The notes below the pieces were generated by a model. That model was not told the origin of the DNA. It ran no database searches and saw nothing but the letters and a program-made list of their open reading frames with translations. Position numbers and translations under genes: made by a program. A DNA stretch of 64,000 bases, from assembly GCA_965153285.1 (NCBI GenBank), contig OZ229112.1, one strand, 5' to 3'. This DNA is from Podarcis tiliguerta. Lineage: Eukaryota. This document shows positions 1 to 14,460 of the stretch, in pieces; position 1 is the first letter of the stretch, and every line of letters begins with the position of its first letter.

Positions 1-1647
1 TATATATAATATAAACTTAAATACTTTTGAGCATATACAAGGATTTTTGAAATACAGCTGTGCACATTCTGCACAGATCACTAAGCAGCTACTGCAAGTA
101 GTTTTGTTCTGAGCATTTCAACTGCAGAATAAAGCAAGTAAATTATTCAGACAACTTATTAAAGCTTACTTCTGCTTAGGTTTACAATACACACAAAGCA
201 TGCCAAAATTTCTCCAATTATCTGGTAGTGCAAGCACAGAAAGACTCCTATTTTTCTATATGAGTGGGGGAAGGGTGTATTGGGAATAATGTGTATGTTA
301 TACAAAGTAGGTTGCATCCAACGTTGCACAATCAGAAGGCAGCTCATGCAACATATCTTTCCCTTCTCCTTCCACTCCACAGTCCCCTGTGTCCTCTAAA
401 AAGCCTCTCCAGAGGGTTGGGTGGAGGGGGACCTACCATGTGTTATCTGACTCCAGGGCTGCAGAGGGAGAAGGGAATTGCCTCAAATCAGGGGGAGGTA
501 TTAGAACTGACCATGCAGAAAGTCTTGCAATGGAGCCCTTCAGGGAACTGGGCTAGTCCATGAGCTGCCACTTCTTTATGCATATTGTGGCCCTCTTGCG
601 CTACAAGCACCATTCACAAGCTCTCTGCACTGGCCTATCGCTCCTCCGTGTGACTGGTCTCTGCCTTTGTTAATCATATTACTTTTTGTTCATTTTATGA
701 CTGACTAATTAGTGTCAGTTGAATTTAAAAACTTATTTGTATTGTTTATTATGAATGGCTTCACTCAGTAGAGGTTGTTCTCATGAACATTGTTGTTGTT
801 CAATTCAACTTATTGGTCACTTTTTCTTGCAGCAGCTTACAATCATTATGCTTATTTCAGATGATAGCATGAGTCAATGATTTCAAGCTGTATCTCTGTT
901 TAAGATGTCATTCTGCAAACAGACCTAATTATAAACCATTTGCTTAACTTGGCCGTTTACATAATATTTGTCTGTCTATCTATCTAGTCTTTTGTAGATA
1001 TTAAATATTAACTAACATATATTTAAATTTTATCATGTTCCTATCCAGGGCTGGTGCAGATGTAATGGCTTAACATTGCTTTAGCATTTCGCTGCAGAAC
1101 TTTAGGTTCATTGGTCCTTGCTCCTTCTGACTACACCACCACCACCACCCTCCTGTTTGTCTTCCCTAGCCAGGACTGCTTCTGATCATCACCAGTTTTG
1201 CTTCTAGAATCTGCTGAACTTCTAAAAGGTACACTTTTCAAGAAAAAATGTACTTTTGAGATCCTCATTGCTAAGGATAATTTTAGCAATGGAATTCAAC
1301 AAAAAGTTCTCTTTCAATCTGCATTGCTTTGGAACACTATTAAAGAGTTGAAAGCACCCCTTTAAAACCAACATTATCCCACTGTGAAAACTGGGCAGAA
1401 GACAGGAACACTAGCCTGCTTCTGGTTTCAGTGGAAATCTAGCCAGGCAAATGGATCCAAGTATAAACATGGAATTCCAAATCAACAATACCTTTTGATC
1501 AAGAAAGTATTGAGATCACAAACTAAAGTGATGCTACGTAAACATGATACACATCACTTGAGTTAAAACAACACTTTGCCATTAATTTCAAATGAAACTA
1601 CTCCAGCTCCACGTAAACATTCCAAAACAAAATGAGCTTGTACTCAC

Positions 1648-1759
1648 CTACAAATCCTTCTTTTCCAACCAATTTAAGGGCAATTTTGTCTGCCAAAACT
1701 GAAGAGTTACCATGAGCAATATTTGCAAAAGGCCCAGCGTGCACAAAAACTGGGGTTCC
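1648..1759 (-). CDS. MTHFD1L: MTHFD1L exon 20
   Basis: 112 nt, [37 protein letters not shown]. Confidence 0.97.
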
Positions 1760-4171
1760 CTAAAAGTATCAAAAGCAAAAGCAGAAATGTGATCAGAGCA
1801 CAAGCAGAAAACAACAGTTAAGACCTTTTACATTGTACTGTACTATATTCTACGTTGCTCTTGTGGAGCAATGAGGCTTATCGTCTGGACTGGAGCAGGA
1901 CAGAGTGGGCTGCAGTAGGACAACAAACAGCCTTTCCAAGAGACCTCGAGGACCATAAGACTGTATCCACAGCAGCAACAGAAAGCTCTGCATCCTGATT
2001 CTATCAGGATAGTTTAGTTTAGTAGGTGTTCTAGAGGTAGACTGAGATATAAGGCTTTAGTAATTAAGCTCGTATCCATATTTAGAGTTCTGCTTTACTT
2101 GCCCAGGCAAAACCATTATTTATAGCAGGCATAGAAGCCTCTGATTCCAACTGGGGACTGTGGCAGAGGCAAAGTGTTAAATCCCCTATGCCATCCCACA
2201 CCATACTCCCAATTCAGCTAATCTTTTCTCCCTGCCCAACACTGGCTATTACTGTTTTTGTTATTTACCTATATGATAAAACATCATGTCTAGTTTGGCC
2301 CCAAGAGCTTTTAGAGCCCCTCCAGCAGCCATGCTAACCAGGGCTGATGCAGAAAATATGGCGGGAACCAGGTTCTTTTAGGGATTAAGTTGGTATCCAC
2401 ATTCAGGTGGCTGCTTTACTAGTTAAAAACCTTTTCTCCAGCTGCTGAAGCAATTCCTGCCTACTAAAGAACTCTGAAAAATGCCTTCTTTCCAATTGCT
2501 TCTTTTCACATGGAAGTGTCAGGTCTGGCACGGCAGCTTCCAACTATTCATTGTCACAAGTCAGCTGCTTTAACTTAGGCTCCTGAGACCAGTTTTACTG
2601 AGGCTGCAATCCTATACCACACTTACCCAGGAGCAAGCCCTACTAAACTCAGTAGGGCTTATGTCTGAGTAGACACATATAGGACTTCAGTATTCATGGT
2701 AATTAAAAGAAAAATAGTGTTTCTGGTAGCTCTTTTTAAGTTGCATTTGATTCATGGGATTCTAATAAATGTCTATCTGATTCAACAGCTCTAAAATTCC
2801 TCTAGGAGACATATGAAAGGGAGAACCTATGGTGATTCCACCTGTGAAAACACAAGTTTTCTTTCATTAATGGAGGAGGCCAGGGGGGTGAGGAAAGGAA
2901 TGTAATATAAAGACGGGGTGGGGTGGGGGAGTTATCCAAAAGATGGCATTTTGTATCAATGATCTGATAGCTATTCTGCTATGTGCGCTTTGAAACTGAA
3001 GCTGGAGGACAATGGCAGAAACAGCAAAAATAGTCCCCGGCGGTATCAGTATCACTGAATAAATACAATATACATTTATTCTTTTCAAACTAATAGAAAC
3101 TGCCACTGATCATTTGCTATCAGGGAAATAAATTTCAGTAGTTTATGGGTGTCACTCAGTCAGCAAGCTGCTTTGTACAGCAAGCCTTATAGTGAATGTT
3201 ACCGTGCTTGGGTCCTCGCTTGCAGAGCAGTATTTGATTAGTGTTATAACCCATTGAAAGATTTACAGTGCTCCATAAATGCATAGCAGTAGTATTTGAA
3301 TACTTCCTGAGGGGCTGACAGGAAACAGAAAAGGGTACATTTCAAGCTTTTAAAAAGCTATAATACACACCCACATTTATCTATCCATTCTCAGAGATCC
3401 GTCTCCACATGCTCTCACCAGGTAAGACTAGGTGGGTGAATATTGCATTCACCTGTTGCCTACTTTTCTGGGTTTTCAGGACCAAGTGAAGACCTTTTTA
3501 TTTTACCAGGCTCTTTAAACTTTGTGTTAAATCTAAAGTTCATGTGATTAGTTTTTGTGTGTGTGTGTGTCACTGAGATTTCCCCTTCTCCCATTATACC
3601 GATTCTGCTTCATATTTTATTGTTCATAGTTGTACTTTTTATTTGTTATTCAGTAATATATAAATATTGTTAAGATAACAAAGTGTAAAAATTATCCATA
3701 GTCAAACACAAGCTAGAATTTGATGTGGCTTCCTCAGGCAGATAAATTATGTTGGGGTTTTCTGAAGAGGGAGGTACAACAACACAATAATGTTATAGTG
3801 CTTTACCAAGCAGTATCTTCTAACAGCTATTTCATTATGATGTCTATGATTCCCAGTTTCTTATGGAAATATTGTTAAAACATCCATGTACATATCTATT
3901 TGACCACTTAATTGTTGTCTAATAAAACCAAACCAAAATTAGGCTCAGACAAGGCTGGTTGTAAAAAAATATAATCACCACATAACTGTAAACCAAGAAA
4001 TGTGATAATTCAAACAAGTTTTCAGCCAAGCAATCATGTGTTCTGTATTAAAGTACACATATGTTATGCAAAACCTCTCTAAGTAAAGATCCAAAATGAA
4101 AAATAATGATTTGGGTTCAGAGTGGCTCTTTCTCAAATGGAAGGTGGCTTTCTATTTGTAGAAGGGCTGAT

Positions 4172-4390
4172 AGCAGTGGACTCGTAATCTGGTGAACCGG
4201 GTTCGCTTCCCTGCTTCTCCACATGCAGCTGCTGGGTGACCTTGGGCCAGTCACACTTCTCTGAAGTCTCTCAGCCCCACTCACCTCACAGAATGTTTGT
4301 TGTGGGGGAGGAAGGGAAAGGAGATTGTTAGCCGCTTTGAGACTCCTTAGGGTAGTGATAAAGCGGGATATCAAATCCAAACTCTTCTTC
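4172..4390 (+). mobile_element. tRNA-derived SINE, Squam3-like
   Basis: B-box-like GGTTCGCTTCC, CORE-like GGTGACCTTGGGCCAGTCAC, L2-type tail ending in (CTT)n. Confidence 0.75.
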
Positions 4391-5419
4391 AAATAAGGCT
4401 CCTATTAGGCTTCTGTCTGCACCTTCAAAGACCATCTCTTCCAGAGCCAGAAGTGGCTCACTGGTTGGGGATGAGCCACTATCCTAGCTTTCCAATATTT
4501 ATTTATTTTTTCCATATTTTTTTTTACCTCACTTGATTGTAGGAAAAACCTCAAAGCAGTTTACAGTGACCAGTAGGCAGGTCACTGTTGCTTACCAGGA
4601 AGGCTAAGGTAGCAGGGTGGTCAGTGCAGTGTAAATGCATTGGTGGGGCCAATCTGGCACTCCTCCTGGATTCTCAAAGGTCATGGGAGGAAGCAGGAAA
4701 TTGACCCCAAATTGCCACCCCTCTCCTTCTGTGAACAGAGCAGCACTCACAGTTTCTCTGGATCCAAACCAACAGATGCTTTTTCCTTGTCATTTTGCAA
4801 GCCAAGGGGCTTCCAAGTAAAACTGCCATGCTTAGAAGTAAGCATTCCCTATGCTTCTGTTTCTGAAGTTGCACCAATATCTTTTCTATGAATATATATT
4901 TGAATATGGTAAATGGGTATGTCTTCACAGATACCATGTTTTCTTTAAATAGACATCCCATTTATTTACTGTTTATTTATGACAGGTGACACTTCATTTC
5001 AGTTCCTATAAAAGCTGAGGCTGTGATCTCTGTGGCATTTATGTATGCTTAACTCCCATGGAGTGGGCTAGAATTTAAGCTTGAATAGATTGCAGCCTCA
5101 ATTCTTAACAATCATGGGGATCATAAGAAAGGTAAGTGGAGTTCTGATCACAGAATGGAGCTTTCCTACCTCTCCCCTCCACCCCCTCTCTTCCCAGGCT
5201 GCTCCTGAGAGCATCTCAGAAACGATGTGGGGTATGGCAAGGGGGTGCTGAAAGGGAGGTGGGCGGAAATGGCAGAACTCCCCTTGGATCTGCATTTCTA
5301 GCACAGGCAATGCTACCTGAAATTTAAATGTTCTTGGACTTGGGAGAGGGAAACCCTTCTTAACAACATGCCTTGTAAAATGCCCATGCAAATCAAATAT
5401 GAAAAGGAGGAGTCATGCT

Positions 5420-5553
5420 GTAAAGGTAAAAAGGTAAAGGTACCCCTGCCCGTACGGGCCAGTCTTGACAGACTCTAGGGTTGTGCGCCCATCTCACTTA
5501 AGAGGCCGGGGGCCAGCGCTGTCCGAAGGCACTTCCAGGTCACGTGGCCAGCG
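5420..5553 (-). mobile_element. Sauria SINE, 3' fragment
   Basis: (ACCTTT)n tail; near identical to the 3' end of the copy at 60342-60699. Confidence 0.85.
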
Positions 5554-5667
5554 GCTCAAGCAAATGTTTAATTTCAATTTTAAAAAAGAAAAGCACTTTG
5601 GCAACTTAGATATAGTCCTTTTAAAAAAGGGAAGAGAAAGGTTAGAGTTACAAATGATTTGACTGAC

Positions 5668-5736
5668 CTCTAATGTCTGCATCAGTGTTGGTTTAATTGC
5701 ATCCTTCATCAAAACCGCCAAAGCACCAGTTACTCC
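5668..5736 (-). CDS. MTHFD1L: MTHFD1L exon 19
   Basis: 69 nt, GVTGALAVLMKDAIKPTLMQTLE. Confidence 0.96.
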
Positions 5737-8326
5737 CTAAAAAAGAAAAAAAAAACTGCTTATAACTTGCAGCTTAGAAGTTCAAGTAAAGTGGTTTAAA
5801 AATCAAAGTGTTTAGCTAAACACAAACCAACACACAGCTGTGAAAAACATTGTTATCTCTATGTAGGGTGGTGCTAAAAGTTCTGGAAATGCCACCTCCA
5901 TCACTATAAATTCTGAATGGGAGGTAACAAAGCTTCTGAGTTATACAATTCAATACAACACAATTTTAAAAGTAATACATGCACAGAACATGGAAATATT
6001 TTAAGGCACAGACCCACACATTGTAGCTTGCCTTTCTTAGCCAGCCACGACTTGTTATTGTTACCAGCCTCACCCACTTCCCCAAGATCATTGTACAATA
6101 TATGGTGGTGGTCATTTGCTTAGAGGACGTATTTACAGCAGAAAAGTCTTTCAGTAGCTTTCACAAAGAGAAGTGTGGTGGGGCTGTGCCACTCACCTGA
6201 ACCTCCATTTGGTTGACTAACTACTGCATATGTATGTTGGAATGGAGATGGGGAAGGAGAAGGAGAAGACATGGTCAGTGTAGTGCAAATGCACTGGAAG
6301 GAGCAGTGAATTGTATCCATCAGGCGTGTTTGCACTGCACCAACCTTGCCACTCCCTCCCTCCGACAATCCATCCCAGTAAGCAGTAATGCCAGAGCTAG
6401 GTCAGGTGAGCAGCATAGCCACACCACTTGATACTGATAGCTACTGGTCATCATAGTTTAATGCAATCTCCAGGTTCAGAGTATGGTCTTCAGTATGCTT
6501 CTGAATACCAGCTGCTGGGGAACAGGAGAAGGCTACTGCCATCACCTTTTGCTTGTGGGTTTCCCAGAGGCATTTGGTTGTAGGAAACAGGGAGATAGTC
6601 TAGATGGAGTCTGACACAGGGTAGATGCCCTTTTCTGTAGGTACTCAAACAGTTCCAGCCAGGAAGCCAAGTTCTCCATTAGGTGGCACTGGACAATTTG
6701 CTATTGATAAAGAAGGCATCCAAGCTTCTTCCTCATGGCCATTCCTAACCCATTTTCCTGCTCTTTAGGGGTTGATGCAGTGTCTCTAATAACACATTGT
6801 TTTCACTGAGGAACAGAGGTTCAGAAATTGCGCCCCCCCCCCGATTAAACATTGAATTCTGTTTGATATCTGTCTCAATGCACATTTATGGTATGATAAT
6901 CCAGATACTCTCTCATTGGATATTTTGCTTGATCAAGTTTGAAATAAAACCTCCTAGGAACTGGTTGTTTTAAAAGGAAAGAAAGAACTCCATAAAGAAT
7001 TAAAACGTGCCTTACATAAAGACACCACAAACACAACTGGAGCCTAGGGTTCCAAGACAATATCCTCACCTGTATGCTATTTGTAAAATGAGTATATTCA
7101 ATGTGAAAAAGAGTCCTCATGCAGTAATTTGAGAAGCTTCCTTACTAAACAAATAGCTACATATTTATTTAATATTCCTCATGGCTGCTGAAATACTAAT
7201 CTTGGGCATGCCAGTTTAATTTGCCATGGAGATATGGCATCTGTCTATCAAACATTTTACGATAATACCGCAGCCAAATTGCAATCTAGTCTTCAGAACC
7301 CTGCTCAATGAGCACCATATTTTGGCAACAAATTCTGTAGTTCAATTACAGAGGATGGCTTTTAAAAATCCATTACACTTGTGAAAGGAGCCTCTGAGTT
7401 TATGAAATATTCAATTTATCTTTTCTTTTCTGCCTCCTCCCACCTCCAGCCCTTGCAGCATCTGGTTTTCATCTCCTAGTGTGTATTTTAGATTTTATTA
7501 CAGTACACTGAAAATGTGGTATAGCACCCTGAAATTAAGAGCAATTGCATATTTGCATGGTATATTAAACATTATTCACATATGAAACAAATGAAAGAGA
7601 GGAGGAATTAGAGTTTAGGTTGAACATTAAATAATGAATTGAAGGCTACTTGTAAAAGCATCAATTCAATATAGGGAAAGTTAAGCAACTTTAAAAATGG
7701 GTTCGTTTTGAACCCATGCTGAGTGTTAATGGAAGCAGGCACTCAGAGTGACATTAAAATATTTCTGAGACCCAAAATTTAGGACACTGCTCTATTCTAC
7801 AAAAAAAATTATTTGCAGCTGCACTCCCAATGTTTAATTTGCAAACTCCAGTCCTGCTTTTGAAGGCTCAGGAATGTATGCATGTAAGTCATGCTTTTCG
7901 AACTATTTATTTATTTGGACATTTATATCCTGCCCTTTCTATGATAAAATCATACTTAAGGCAGGTTACAGATAAAATTAAAAACAATCTTAAAAAAAAT
8001 CAAAACAAACAGCAGTAGAAACAGCATCATGAAGCATCACTTTCTAAACTTGTTCTATTCTCTTAGCCCATTTCTCAAAGAGAGCATGCAGAGATGCTGG
8101 CATGTAGTCATATGTGTATAACCTGATTATCTTTGCAAAGGTCTGTGATTAACAGCAGGGGTGGCCAAATGCTCACCTTCCAAGTATCTCTGTCTGGCCC
8201 CTTGGACCCTCCCCTCCAGGCCACACCCTTCACTAGTCTTGCTTTGCTTGGCTGGAACTCTGACAATGCCTCTTACGTGCTTTGATGGAGAACAGAGAGT
8301 GGTGTGTGACCATATACATAAACTAG

Positions 8327-8678
8327 TAAAAGTAAAGGGACCCCTGACCATTAGGTCCAGTCGTGGATGACTCTGGGGTTGCAGCGTTCATCTCGCTCTA
8401 TAGGCCGAGGGAGCCGGCGTACAGCTTCCGGGTCATGTGGCCAGCATGACTAAGCCGCTTCTGGCAAACCAGAGCAGCGCACGGAAACGCCATTTACCTT
8501 CCCGCCGGAGCGGTACCTATTTATCTACTTGCACTTTGACGTGCTTTCAAACTGCTAGGTTGGCAGGACCAGGGATGGAGCAACATGAGCTCACCCCGTC
8601 GCAGGGATTCGAACTGGCGACCTTCTGATTGGCAAGCCCTAGGCTCTGTGGTTTAACCCACAGTGCCACCCGCATCCC
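8327..8678 (-). mobile_element. Sauria SINE (Squam1), full length
   Basis: tRNA head with A/B boxes, ACCTTT-type tail, 13-bp TSD ATACATAAACTAG (8314-8326, 8679-8691). Confidence 0.92.
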
Positions 8679-9314
8679 ATACATAAACTAGCCTTCTGTA
8701 AAAAATTAACTGCTCTGTCCACTTTTGCTTCTGGCCCCACCAACTACTGGAATGTGACCTCCAGAAGATTGTTCAGAGGGGAATGTGGCTCTGGGGCTGA
8801 AAAAAGGTCCCTCTCTCAGTTTAGAGTATTGAGCCAACATAGCATTATAAAGGGGAACCAAACAAGATATCTCTAACCCCTCGCAAAACCATACACAGGG
8901 ACATATAATTAGAACAAAGCTGCAGCTCTTCCTGAATCAGGCTGGTGTGATGGGACAAGTGGGAAAGCTACCAACCTGCCCTGGTTCTACGTGAATTAAT
9001 AAAAATACTTTGCTAAAGTGAATTAATCCTACCATATTTTGCTGGCAAAGGTGAAGAAGGTGAACAGAGTCTCTCTGTTCCTGAAAACTTTTGCCCCCCT
9101 GCCAGTCTGTTGCTGCTCACCATTTGAAAACCACTGATATAGGTGGGATGAGTTGTTAAGAACAGAAAATAACCCCCAGTTTTGACCAAATTTGACTCTT
9201 CTGGCAATAAGGTGCACCCCAGATACACACTGTCTCTGAATGTGGATTTTTATAAGAGGTGTCTTGTGTCTTAATAAGCAAAAGTAATAAGAAGAATCCT
9301 GAGGTGATCCATAC

Positions 9315-9455
9315 CAAATCCTCTGCTGTCACTGGTTGTCCTTTTTTGTCGTTAGCAACGACAATTTTCCCCATTCTTTCTTTCATATCTGACAGACCAC
9401 TGGCCAGCGCTAGGATTGCCATGATTTCACTTGCAACAGCTATATCAAATTGAGT
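9315..9455 (-). CDS. MTHFD1L: MTHFD1L exon 18
   Basis: 141 nt, [47 protein letters not shown]. Confidence 0.97.
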
Positions 9456-10888
9456 CTGTAAAAAGAAAAGTACAAGTTTATGAGACAAGAGACACCTGGA
9501 GTTCTAATCCATAGCTGGGAATCTGATGAACGCCACCTTGAGTTCCACCACGGAAGAAAGGTGGGCGACAAATGAAAGCAATAAAAGAAGATGGTATACT
9601 ACCAGTGGGCAAAGCCGATAAGGATCAGCACAGAACATGGATAAAAGAACATGGATAGTCGCCATCCGAGTTTGGATTACATACAGTTTGGACTGTAATC
9701 AGATGAGCTCTGTGGCTTGAGCACATAGCCACTTCATTCACTTCTCACTTTGCATGAGCCAGCAAAATAGTTTCATGTGAACTTGAAAACTAAGATTAAC
9801 AACTTTGGAACAAGACAGGGTATTTGTGCTTTTATCGTATGTTTTTTTAAAAAATCTTGTTAATGCTGTAAACCACTTCCCGATAGGCTTTGTGATCTCG
9901 TGGTATATAAATACTTTTATAAATAAATAAAGCAAGCCATTGATACTATTTACTTGGTTCAGGTGGACTGGAAAGTTATAGTTAGTTGAAGAGTTCCTGG
10001 TTTGTCCACCAGCTCATGCAAAGAGAGGAGCAAAGCAGCTGCAGCCACATTCACAAGATTTGTTCATACCTCCGCTCATTAAACTGGAATCTGATTATCC
10101 AAAAGCAGCCTTTATCTGGACAAGTTCTTAAAAAGATTGACAAATGGCATCCTGTAAGGCTGTTAAAAGGCTGTTCTCTTCAGGCTCAGCCCATGCAGTT
10201 AAACCCAACATTGTCATCTCCCTCCATAGCTGCTCAGATCTCTAGGGAAGTGTATGTAAAAAAGCTTGAGCTGGTTTTGTGACACTTCACCCAGAATAAC
10301 TGCCCTCTGTCTTCCACATTATACTTGAAGTAGATTATATTTTCCATCTGGTAAACTTTCGCTTAGATCTAACATATTAAATATGGCTACTGTTTAGAAG
10401 TAGGCTTGCCAAATGCAATGCTCACTATTTAGTAATGTCACAACAAAGACGGTGTGCACGAAAAAACAATGAACTTGGCTTATCAGCAGAGTTACAATGA
10501 TGAGTTCTCTTTAGGACACTTCTCAAATATTGATATTACATTGTTCTGTTTTTTAATGAGATTTAGACTACATTTCTATGAAAACTTACTAGCATATACC
10601 CCCGTTGGATGCAGGGGGACTTACATGCAAGTAAACATACATATTTATTTATTGATGTATTTCCCCATACATCAATGCAATGTTGATCACCATACTTGGT
10701 AACTACATGAAAACTATTGCTTTAGAATCACTACTATACACTAAGCCAAGATTAGCTGCAAATTAATTCATATCTAAAACCATTAAGCAACCAGTTCTTC
10801 AACAATTTATTAAAAATATATTAGTAAGGAAACACTTTTAATGATCAAAAGAAATGTCTTCTCCAAACACAGTCAGAACTTTACCTAC

Positions 10889-10965
10889 CTGACGAGAAAA
10901 TCCTTTTTCTGTACTTGCTTGTCCAACTGTTATTTTTCTAAGAAATCGATCGTTTGTATCTACCA
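10889..10965 (-). CDS. MTHFD1L: MTHFD1L exon 17
   Basis: 77 nt, VVDTNDRFLRKITVGQASTEKGFSRQ. Confidence 0.96.
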
Positions 10966-12596
10966 CTGAAAGGAAGAAAAAAACATTTAGCAAAAAAAGA
11001 GAGAAGGAACTATTTCTACATTTCATCCTGTTAATGTGATACAGAGAGGCATTTATTTTTAAATGTGTGCATCTTCTCCTGTGTAACAAATCTATCACTT
11101 CTTTATAAGACTGGAAGCTCTGCAGCATGGCAGAATATTGTGAAAGCCTCGTGATGGTTCAGGTTTGCTGCAAACTCTCAGGTAGGGCTAGAGCAATGGT
11201 GATGTCACCTTATCACAATACATTCTGCTACAGAGATTGCTCCTCCTTCTGATTGGCAAAATACGATTCTGGCTTTTGTTAGGAAACTCCTCCTTGACTT
11301 CAAGTTGTCAACACCCTAAAATGGATGTAAAACCAGAAGATTCTTCCAGAAAGATGCTTTGTAAAATCTGAAAATTAGGATGTGAAACAATAACTTCTAT
11401 AATATTTTCTACACCCAATCAGTATGTTCAATATACTTTTGAGCATTAATGTTCAGTTCAGAGCATGATGTAAAAGCTTTAAAAATCTCAGAAGATTTAA
11501 ACAACTTCTGATTACTCTTGTTGTATATTGTTTATCAGACAAATACCATCTGAATAATCCAGATTATGCTTTGAAAACAGACATGAGGGATGTTGGGAAT
11601 GTGTATATAATCTGAAGAATTTAAACAACTACATACTTACTACAGTATGAACAGAAACATGAAAAGGAAAATGTTAGGGGCTTACAAGAAATGCATATTC
11701 TTATCTAGTTGAAAAGATGCAGCTGGTTTTCTGTTACGTAAAATGCAGAAATTTAAGGGAAGGCACTTTTTAAAAAACAATACGTTTGACAATGTCCATG
11801 TCCAATGGCAAGGGTCAAAAAAGCATGCTACTACCTACAGGCAAAGTTTAAAGAGGTTATCTGCAACCAGACTATCACTAAATCATTTTGTTTAAAACTC
11901 CATTGTTTTGAATCACTACCCAGCTGAATGTATGGATGCCAGGAGGCATAGTCAGCAGGTACAGCAGTGGGTTGTAGCCAATAAGGGGGAGTCTGAAAGT
12001 GTCTACAGACTGGCAAACCATTGGTGTCTACTTCCAACACCTTCCTTTCACCAAGTCCTATGGCAGGGAAGAAAAGGGTGTGGTTTGTCTTCCTTTGGGC
12101 TAGGCTCTTTTTGCCTCTTGAGGGAGATTATTCTGCAAGTATTCTGCAAGGAGAAGGCAAATTCGCAGCCTTTATTTTGGACTTTTGCAGAAAGCACAAA
12201 CAGTCTGGATTCCTAGAATCACAGCTTTAAAAACCTTTTGGGATTCCAGGATATTAAAAGAAAAGAAAAGAAAGAAAAGCAAAGAAGAAGAAGAAGAAGA
12301 AGAAAGGCATTTTCTAGCTTGCTACAAGGGGTATTTCTTCCATTGTCCACATTAGAAATAAAAAGAACATACAGAAAAATCATGGCCATGTTTATTTAGA
12401 AATCTGGGTTTTTTTGGCAACAGTCCAAGCCAATAACAAGGGCATAAATAATAGCCCATGATAGTTGCGCCTGCCATTATCAAGAAAACTTAGTTCAGTT
12501 TATATTTTCACAAGCATCTGGCCCAGCATGGCACCATATGCACTAGATAGACTTTTGATTTTATCCAGCAGGCTCCTCTTATATTCTGACACCTAC

Positions 12597-12699
12597 CTCT
12601 TTGCCATGTTATCGTGGATGTGTCTATGTCTAGTCTTGCAAATCTGCTAATCTCATCATCTGTTAATGAGCCAGGATCCGTTTTTGTTATTCCCAGCCT
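12597..12699 (-). CDS. MTHFD1L: MTHFD1L exon 16
   Basis: 103 nt, [34 protein letters not shown]. Confidence 0.96.
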
Positions 12700-13325
12700 C
12701 TAGAAAAAGAAACCAAAAAGAAGAAAAATGATACATGAGGAAGATTGCTGCTTGAAAAAGCTACATAAACACCTACTCAGTTCTAAAACCCACCACAGTA
12801 CATGCTGTGGCCAATTCAAGCCACAATGGCGTGTTCTGAAGAGGTCACATGACCAGCTCACAAATGCTAAGCTCAATGGAGATTGGTTTTCAGCTCATCA
12901 CTGCAACGACCAGCTGATATCCAGTTATATTTTTTAGTTGAAGTCCATAGTGAAGGAGCATTGTGCAGCAGATTATACGCAACCTTGTTTCCAATTCTAT
13001 TGTGAAACTGTCCATAAGGCATAAGGTGGCTTGAAACTGTCCATAAGGCCTACTGCCCTAAGAACTATTGACCAGAAGTAGCCACATGCAACTGAAGGTG
13101 ATATTACTCTCTGTCCAATACTGATCGATCAGGACCTTGTTTGCTTGAAGGGAATATTTCTCTCCAGTTGAATTCAGACACCTTTTATGATATCACAATG
13201 CTACTTGTATACAATTTTTTTCCTTCATAATGAAAAGCTCATTTCAGGGCTCATGGTTATTATTGGAGTTGGACTCTTTTAATACTCATTATCCTAAAAA
13301 TATATAATTCCTTTGCTTTAGCAGA

Positions 13326-14460
13326 CCTTACGGTCGAAAAAATTGGCCCTAACATCTCCAATTAGCCTTACTATTTCTACCCTTTATTGTGTAAAAACTA
13401 GAGAATCACAATTCAAAAGCTGGAAACAAAAAGGGCTACAAACAATAAGAGACCTCTGTAGGGGAATGAAACGTATTACTGGAATAAAAATAAAAGCACA
13501 ATTAGGTAACCTTGAAACAAATTGGAGGTCCATACACCAAATTATAGATTTCTCTGCTAACCCAACAATATTGTTTCAAGCCACCAGAGCCTTAAAACCT
13601 ATTGAACAACTAATTTTAAATTGTATCTAAGCATCCAAAATATTACTCTAAATATCGACAAGATTATCTGTGATGTGATGACAGGGGATCTAATCTCCTT
13701 AAAATCTATATGGAAAACAGATTTACTCAGTGAAATTGATAATGCAGACTGGCAAAAACTTTGGAGGGAAAAATCTTTTAAGTCAGTGTCAGCTAAAATG
13801 AGAGAAAATAGTTTAAAAACAATTCACACCTGTAAAATGCCACAGTTTAAGCTCTCATTCAAGTCCTTTTTGTTGGAGAGGATGTCAACATTTAGGTTCA
13901 TATTTCCATATGTGGTGGGAATGCAAACCTGGACATTTACTTTGGAAAATGGTGTTTATTATGGAACAGGTGATGCAACCTGATCTGAGAGTAGGTTTAT
14001 TAAATCTGTTTATAGATGGCTATAAGAATTTACTGTTTAAGGACCTATTAATCTTTTCATGTCTACAACTAGAAATCTATTAACACAATATTGGAAAACA
14101 GGTACCAACTTAACTTTAGAGACATGGTGGGATAGACTATGGAACATAGCTCTTATGGAAAAAGCAGAAAAGCATCAACCAGAAGAGCACTAATGAGTGA
14201 AAAGTCCAAATAATATTTTGAAACTGTATGGTACATGTTTAATCAGCACACTGGAAAGGTGAATGTTATCCCCCTATAACCAGCTACCCATGGCTCACAC
14301 TGGTACAAACTTTTGAGACTCCTAGCTGCTATAATAAACTCTAAAGTATCATAAAATCTGCTTAATGTTTGACTTTGTACATGCATAGGAATGCTTCTTG
14401 AGGGGTGGGGGTTATTTGTTACATGTATTTTCAGAAACTGAAAGTTAAAAAAGTAAAAAT
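13326..14460 (+). mobile_element. L1-clade LINE, decayed 3' part of ORF2 plus 3'UTR
   Basis: Frameshifted ORF pieces including WQKLW...SAKMRENSLK and the Cys/His knuckle CWRGCQHLGSYFHMWWEC; A-rich end; boundaries approximate. Confidence 0.8.

Noticed and set aside
10881-10888. Tandem donor GTAGGTAAAG after MTHFD1L exon 17
   Set aside because: A GT at intron positions +5/+6 is part of the normal donor consensus; no evidence of use, and it would frameshift.
13343-13983. 95- and 120-aa ORFs as an antisense nested gene
   Set aside because: Frameshifted remnants of L1 ORF2.
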